This document shows positions 44,166 to 47,147 of a DNA stretch of 47,147 nucleotides, piece after piece (the first letter of the stretch is position 1; every line of letters starts with the position of its first letter). This stretch comes from Candidatus Zambryskiibacteriota bacterium. GTDB lineage: Bacteria > Patescibacteriota > Minisyncoccia > Phycocordibacterales > DATDWN01. The notes beneath the pieces are model-generated. The model saw only the letters and a program-made list of their open reading frames with translations, searched no databases and had not been told where the DNA came from. The position numbers were made by a program, and so were the translations under genes. The stretch spans positions 1-47,147 of the forward strand of contig JAPLZX010000006.1 in assembly GCA_026394815.1 (NCBI GenBank), written 5' to 3'.

Positions 44166-45833
44166 TTACTTCAATAAATCCCTTAATACATCTTCAGGAA
44201 CTTCATTTTTACTAGATTCTTCTTTTTTCTGTGGTTTATGCTCAATCTTTTCTGAACTCCCCTCCTGCCTATTAGATTGTTTTATAACACTGGCTAAAGC
44301 ATCCTTTAAACTAGCCTTATTTTCTTTGTTTGGATTCTTGTTGTCCATTTCTTGTCTGCGCAAATGTGACATAGACATCTCTTTTTGATGTAATTCTTCT
44401 TTAGCTTTTAGAAAAACTTGTTTGTTTTCATCCACTTTTGGCTCTTCTGTTCTCCTTTGTCTATTATCCTCCTGTCTTGGTCTACTTTGCTCTGTAGAAA
44501 CCGATTGAAATTGTGATTTAACTTCCCTAATTGTTCCTAAATTATGCCAATCTATTATATTCTTTTCCACAATTGCTCGAGGACGACCAAACTGCTCTCT
44601 AGAACTTTTAATTACAGCATCTCTAAAACTTGTTTCTGGACGAGCAATAGGAGGAATTGTTTTTGCTGAAAATGGTTGGGAAGAAACACCGTCTATCATA
44701 AGTTTGAGATAAATTTGAGCAAACCCTAGATTGACCAAATCAGCCGCCATAAATGTCGGAGCAAATTCTTTTTCCAAAACCTCAGAATCAAATGCACCTA
44801 CCCGAAAAGTAATCATTGTTCCAACGTTTCCAAATACTGCGTTTCTCACTTCCTCTTCCATTTGTTCTATATATTGGTGGGCAATTGTCAGATTAAGTTT
44901 ATATTTTCTTGCTTCAGATAAAATATCGGCAAATGATTTATTTGCAAATGTTTGAAACTCATCAACATAAAGATAAAAATTTGGTAATTTTGCAAGCTCT
45001 GTTTCATCTTTGTCCGCGCGTGACATGGCCGCAAGATAAATTTTAGTAATGAGCATAGAACCAATGAGATTGGAATTACCTTCACCCACTTTACCCTTAG
45101 ACAAATTTATGATAAGAATTTTTTTCTCATCCATAAACTTTCTAATATCAAAAGATGATTCCGGCTGACCAACTAAATTTCTGACAAGTGGATTTGATGT
45201 AAATTGACCAACTTTATTTTGGATTGCAGGAGTAGCCTCTGCAGCATATTTATCAGTATATTTCGCAAACTCATCAACCCAAAAAGACCTGACTGTCGGG
45301 TCTTTAACATTGTCTACAACCTTTTTTCTATACTCCTTGTCGGACAACATTCTGTTTACACCCAGAAGAGTTGCTCCGGGATATTCAAGTAATGCAAGAA
45401 GGGTGTTATTCAAAATGTATGCCATACGAGCAGACCAAGCATCAACCCAGATTTTTTCAAATGCAGACATCAAACCATTTACAACTAGATGTCTTTTGTC
45501 TATTCCGATATCTTCAATAACATTGAAAGAAATTGGGTACTCTAAATCAAAAGGGGCAAAATATAACACATCTTTTATACGACTTTCCGGAATATAATCC
45601 AAAAGTTTTTCAGCCGTACCTCCGTGTGGGTCAATAAAAGCAATACCATTGCCGTTTTGGATATCTTGGATGGCCATATTCTCCAGAAGAGTAGACTTCC
45701 CCATACCCGTTTTTCCTATAACATAGACATGTTTTAAGCGGTCTTTGGCTTTAATACCAAACTTTATTCGTTTATTACGAGCGTCCGTCTCTGCAAAATA
45801 TGTGACTAAATTTGGATCCATAATTGGGTACAT
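44166..45833 (-). CDS. TraD/VirD4-like (type IV secretion coupling-protein-like, DUF87-type) P-loop ATPase with a charged low-complexity C-terminal tail
   Basis: Walker A VIGKTGMGKST, Walker B FYLYVDEFQ, RKYKLNLTIAHQY. The last ~125 aa are K/E/Q/R-rich. An alternative start lies at ATG 45821. Confidence 0.7.
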   Translation of the reverse strand: MYPIMDPNLVTYFAETDARNKRIKFGIKAKDRLKHVYVIGKTGMGKSTLLENMAIQDIQNGNGIAFIDPHGGTAEKLLDYIPESRIKDVLYFAPFDLEYPISFNVIEDIGIDKRHLVVNGLMSAFEKIWVDAWSARMAYILNNTLLALLEYPGATLLGVNRMLSDKEYRKKVVDNVKDPTVRSFWVDEFAKYTDKYAAEATPAIQNKVGQFTSNPLVRNLVGQPESSFDIRKFMDEKKILIINLSKGKVGEGNSNLIGSMLITKIYLAAMSRADKDETELAKLPNFYLYVDEFQTFANKSFADILSEARKYKLNLTIAHQYIEQMEEEVRNAVFGNVGTMITFRVGAFDSEVLEKEFAPTFMAADLVNLGFAQIYLKLMIDGVSSQPFSAKTIPPIARPETSFRDAVIKSSREQFGRPRAIVEKNIIDWHNLGTIREVKSQFQSVSTEQSRPRQEDNRQRRTEEPKVDENKQVFLKAKEELHQKEMSMSHLRRQEMDNKNPNKENKASLKDALASVIKQSNRQEGSSEKIEHKPQKKEESSKNEVPEDVLRDLLK

Positions 45834-45859
45834 TATACAACAAAGTGATTAATTGTAAA
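45832..45859 (-). promoter_or_regulatory. Putative promoter for the ATPase/GT4 operon
   Basis: Minus strand TTTACA (45859-45854), 16-nt spacer, TATAAT (45837-45832, overlapping the first ATG), then 10 nt to the second in-frame ATG (45821). Confidence 0.4.
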
Positions 45860-45893
45860 AATAAACCCATTTTAAGAAAATGAGTTTATTTTT
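45857..45893 (-). terminator. Intrinsic terminator after the pilin gene (bidirectional shape)
   Basis: aaaaataaacccatttt (45857-45873), loop aag, aaaatgagtttattttt (45877-45893): a 15-bp stem with one G-U/mismatch position and a U-run on both strands. Confidence 0.6.
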
Positions 45894-45914
45894 GTATATA
45901 TAATTAAATAAAAA

Positions 45915-46340
45915 TTAAGAGCAATTTGTCGCACCAGCAAGTTCTGTCGCCTCACCCCTCCCAACACCAAGACTGTCTACACACCAATAAAGATTAGCCC
46001 CTTCTGGAGTTTTTAGTAAAGCATTTGCTGCCCACGCAGTATCACTATTATTACATCTTTCAGCCAAAGTTCCTGTATCACCTCCTGTAACCAAAGCCTG
46101 ACTTATGGCATTTATTACATTTTGGTTTGCACAAACAGTACTATAAACTTGGCCATTATCACTATAAACAATTTCCGCCTGACTTCTGATTCCAGCTAGG
46201 TTAGCTTTAACAGCAGCATTTGCTCCTTTAGATCTGGCATTGTTTAGAGACGACAATACAACAGAAGCTAAAATACCAATAATAGCAATTACCACAAGTA
46301 ATTCAATTAACGTAAAACCTTTAGTAAATTTTTTAGACAT
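45915..46340 (-). CDS. Type IV pilin / prepilin-type N-terminal cleavage-methylation domain protein
   Basis: MSKKFTKGFTLIELLVVIAIIGILASVVL is the class III signal peptide plus conserved Glu5 helix. Two Cys pairs lie in the C-terminal part. Start chosen at 46340 rather than the track start 46409. Confidence 0.88.
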   Translation of the reverse strand: MSKKFTKGFTLIELLVVIAIIGILASVVLSSLNNARSKGANAAVKANLAGIRSQAEIVYSDNGQVYSTVCANQNVINAISQALVTGGDTGTLAERCNNSDTAWAANALLKTPEGANLYWCVDSLGVGRGEATELAGATNCS

Positions 46341-46444
46341 AATTTTAAGTAATTTATAATAATAACTAGAATTTATTATATAATGAATTAACTTTTTATA
46401 ACAGTCCATTTATCTACCTAGGACTAATTCTAAATTTAAAATTA

Positions 46445-47147
46445 TTATTCTATCACCTCCACAGTTCTAGTGGCATATCCCCAGTTACCAGAACCATCAA
46501 CTGCAGAGTAGACTATGGTGTGTGTAGATGTTGCTGTTGTGTCTATTGAGATGTCGGTCATTGGAATATCGTCTACAGAGAAATGTAAACCTAGGTTGTT
46601 GTTTACAATCAGTGGACCTGCTGGGTTTAGTGGGTCTGTGCTTGTGTCTGTGACGGTTGCACCAGGTGTGGTTGTGGCTGTGGTAGTTGTACATTCACCG
46701 GCAGTGGAAACTAGGGCTCCTCCAATTTGTAGTCTTACACAATAAGGTTCTCCATTTGGATCATATAACGTCACGCCCGTCGGTTTCAAAGTTGAACCAA
46801 CTGTTAGTTTATCTGTAAAGATATTCTTGAAGTAGGCGATGCCATTGATGAACTTCAGACCAAGTGTTTCAAATTGATTGGTGAATTCTGTGATGATTTG
46901 GTTGAAGGTTAATCCTGCTGTTTGTGTTGGAGATGATGCAACAAGTTGTTCTAGATTGGTTAATCTTTTGTCTATGTTGTTAACTTTTGAGTTAAGTGTT
47001 TGGATTGCTTGGACCATGGCTGGGATGAAGTTTGTCATGGAGATTGATTTCTTTCCGTTTGTATCTGTTGTGACAAACTCTGGGAAGATTTGTTCTACTT
47101 CTTGAGCTATGAATCCTTGGTGTGGTGTTAATGTGTTTGGTTCTCCA
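46445..47147 (-). CDS. Partial (N-terminus outside window) tail-fibre-like surface protein: S74 intramolecular-chaperone-like segment, coiled coil, Thr-rich linker, Ig-like (DUF5011-like) C-terminal domain
   Basis: The frame is open to the window edge. GFIAQEVEQIFPEFVTTDTNGKKSISMTNFIPAMVQAIQTLNSKVNNIDKRLTNLEQL matches the Peptidase_S74 chaperone pattern, followed by ECTTTTATTTPGATVTDTSTD and HTIVYSAVDGSGNWGYATRTVEV. Confidence 0.6.
   Translation of the reverse strand, partial: GEPNTLTPHQGFIAQEVEQIFPEFVTTDTNGKKSISMTNFIPAMVQAIQTLNSKVNNIDKRLTNLEQLVASSPTQTAGLTFNQIITEFTNQFETLGLKFINGIAYFKNIFTDKLTVGSTLKPTGVTLYDPNGEPYCVRLQIGGALVSTAGECTTTTATTTPGATVTDTSTDPLNPAGPLIVNNNLGLHFSVDDIPMTDISIDTTATSTHTIVYSAVDGSGNWGYATRTVEVIE

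Noticed and set aside
46341-46409. Longer pilin ORF starting at 46409 (MDCYKKLIHYIINSSYYYKLLKI...)
   Set aside because: Type IV prepilins have short basic leaders directly before G-FTLIELL. MSKKFTKGFTLIELL, starting at 46340, fits that pattern. The extra 23 residues do not.
1-47147. Alternative genetic code with TGA read as a sense codon (as in some CPR lineages)
   Set aside because: TGA terminates ORFs at the expected protein lengths and is used in many ATGA stop/start overlaps (4142, 16409, 30211, 38193, 40293, 41946). Reading through would add unsupported tails.
1-47147. CRISPR arrays, rRNA, tRNA, integrase or transposase genes
   Set aside because: I saw no regularly spaced direct repeats, no tRNA cloverleaf candidates in the few intergenic regions, and no ORF with recombinase or transposase motifs. 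The only mobile-element-like feature is the 105-bp element at 40695-40799.

Overview
This is a very AT-rich bacterial window. Gene content and style suggest a small-genome, CPR/Patescibacteria-like organism, but that is inference only. TGA behaves as a stop codon, so the standard code applies. About 44 of the 47 kb form one large cell-surface glycan locus.

The locus contains:
- GDP-sugar genes: gmd, gmm, fcl, a GDP-mannose 3,5-epimerase and a ColD-type 3-dehydratase.
- A Wzm/Wzt ABC exporter.
- About 18 glycosyltransferases: GT2, GT4, one GT10, two GT11 and CgeB-like.
- Six methyltransferase-type enzymes, including a B12-binding radical SAM protein.
- Three modules that pair a polyprenyl-phosphate-sugar synthase (GT2) with a large membrane transferase, plus GtrA and wecB.

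The right edge holds a TraD/VirD4-like ATPase, a type IV pilin and a partial tail-fibre-like (S74 chaperone domain) surface protein of visibly higher GC. I found no rRNA, tRNA or CRISPR array.

Most notable observations:
1. A truncated TPP-dependent E1-alpha/beta pair sits with the ColD-like dehydratase, an SDR and an FkbM methyltransferase. I predict a C-branched 3,6-dideoxyhexose pathway.
2. A 105-bp MITE-like element with 13-bp terminal inverted repeats and a 5-bp duplication is inserted exactly into an ATGA stop/start overlap. Both codons are regenerated.
3. A 17-nt poly(A) tract lies in frame inside a methyltransferase gene.
4. At least five genes are split by frameshifts, so either the locus is decaying or the assembly has indel errors.
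5. Operon-head promoters repeatedly show an extended -10 motif placed 7-11 nt from the ATG, implying leaderless or near-leaderless mRNAs.
6. A GC-rich stem-loop with its own promoter and terminator lies at the left edge and may be a small RNA.

All functional calls come from reading motifs by eye. No database search was run.
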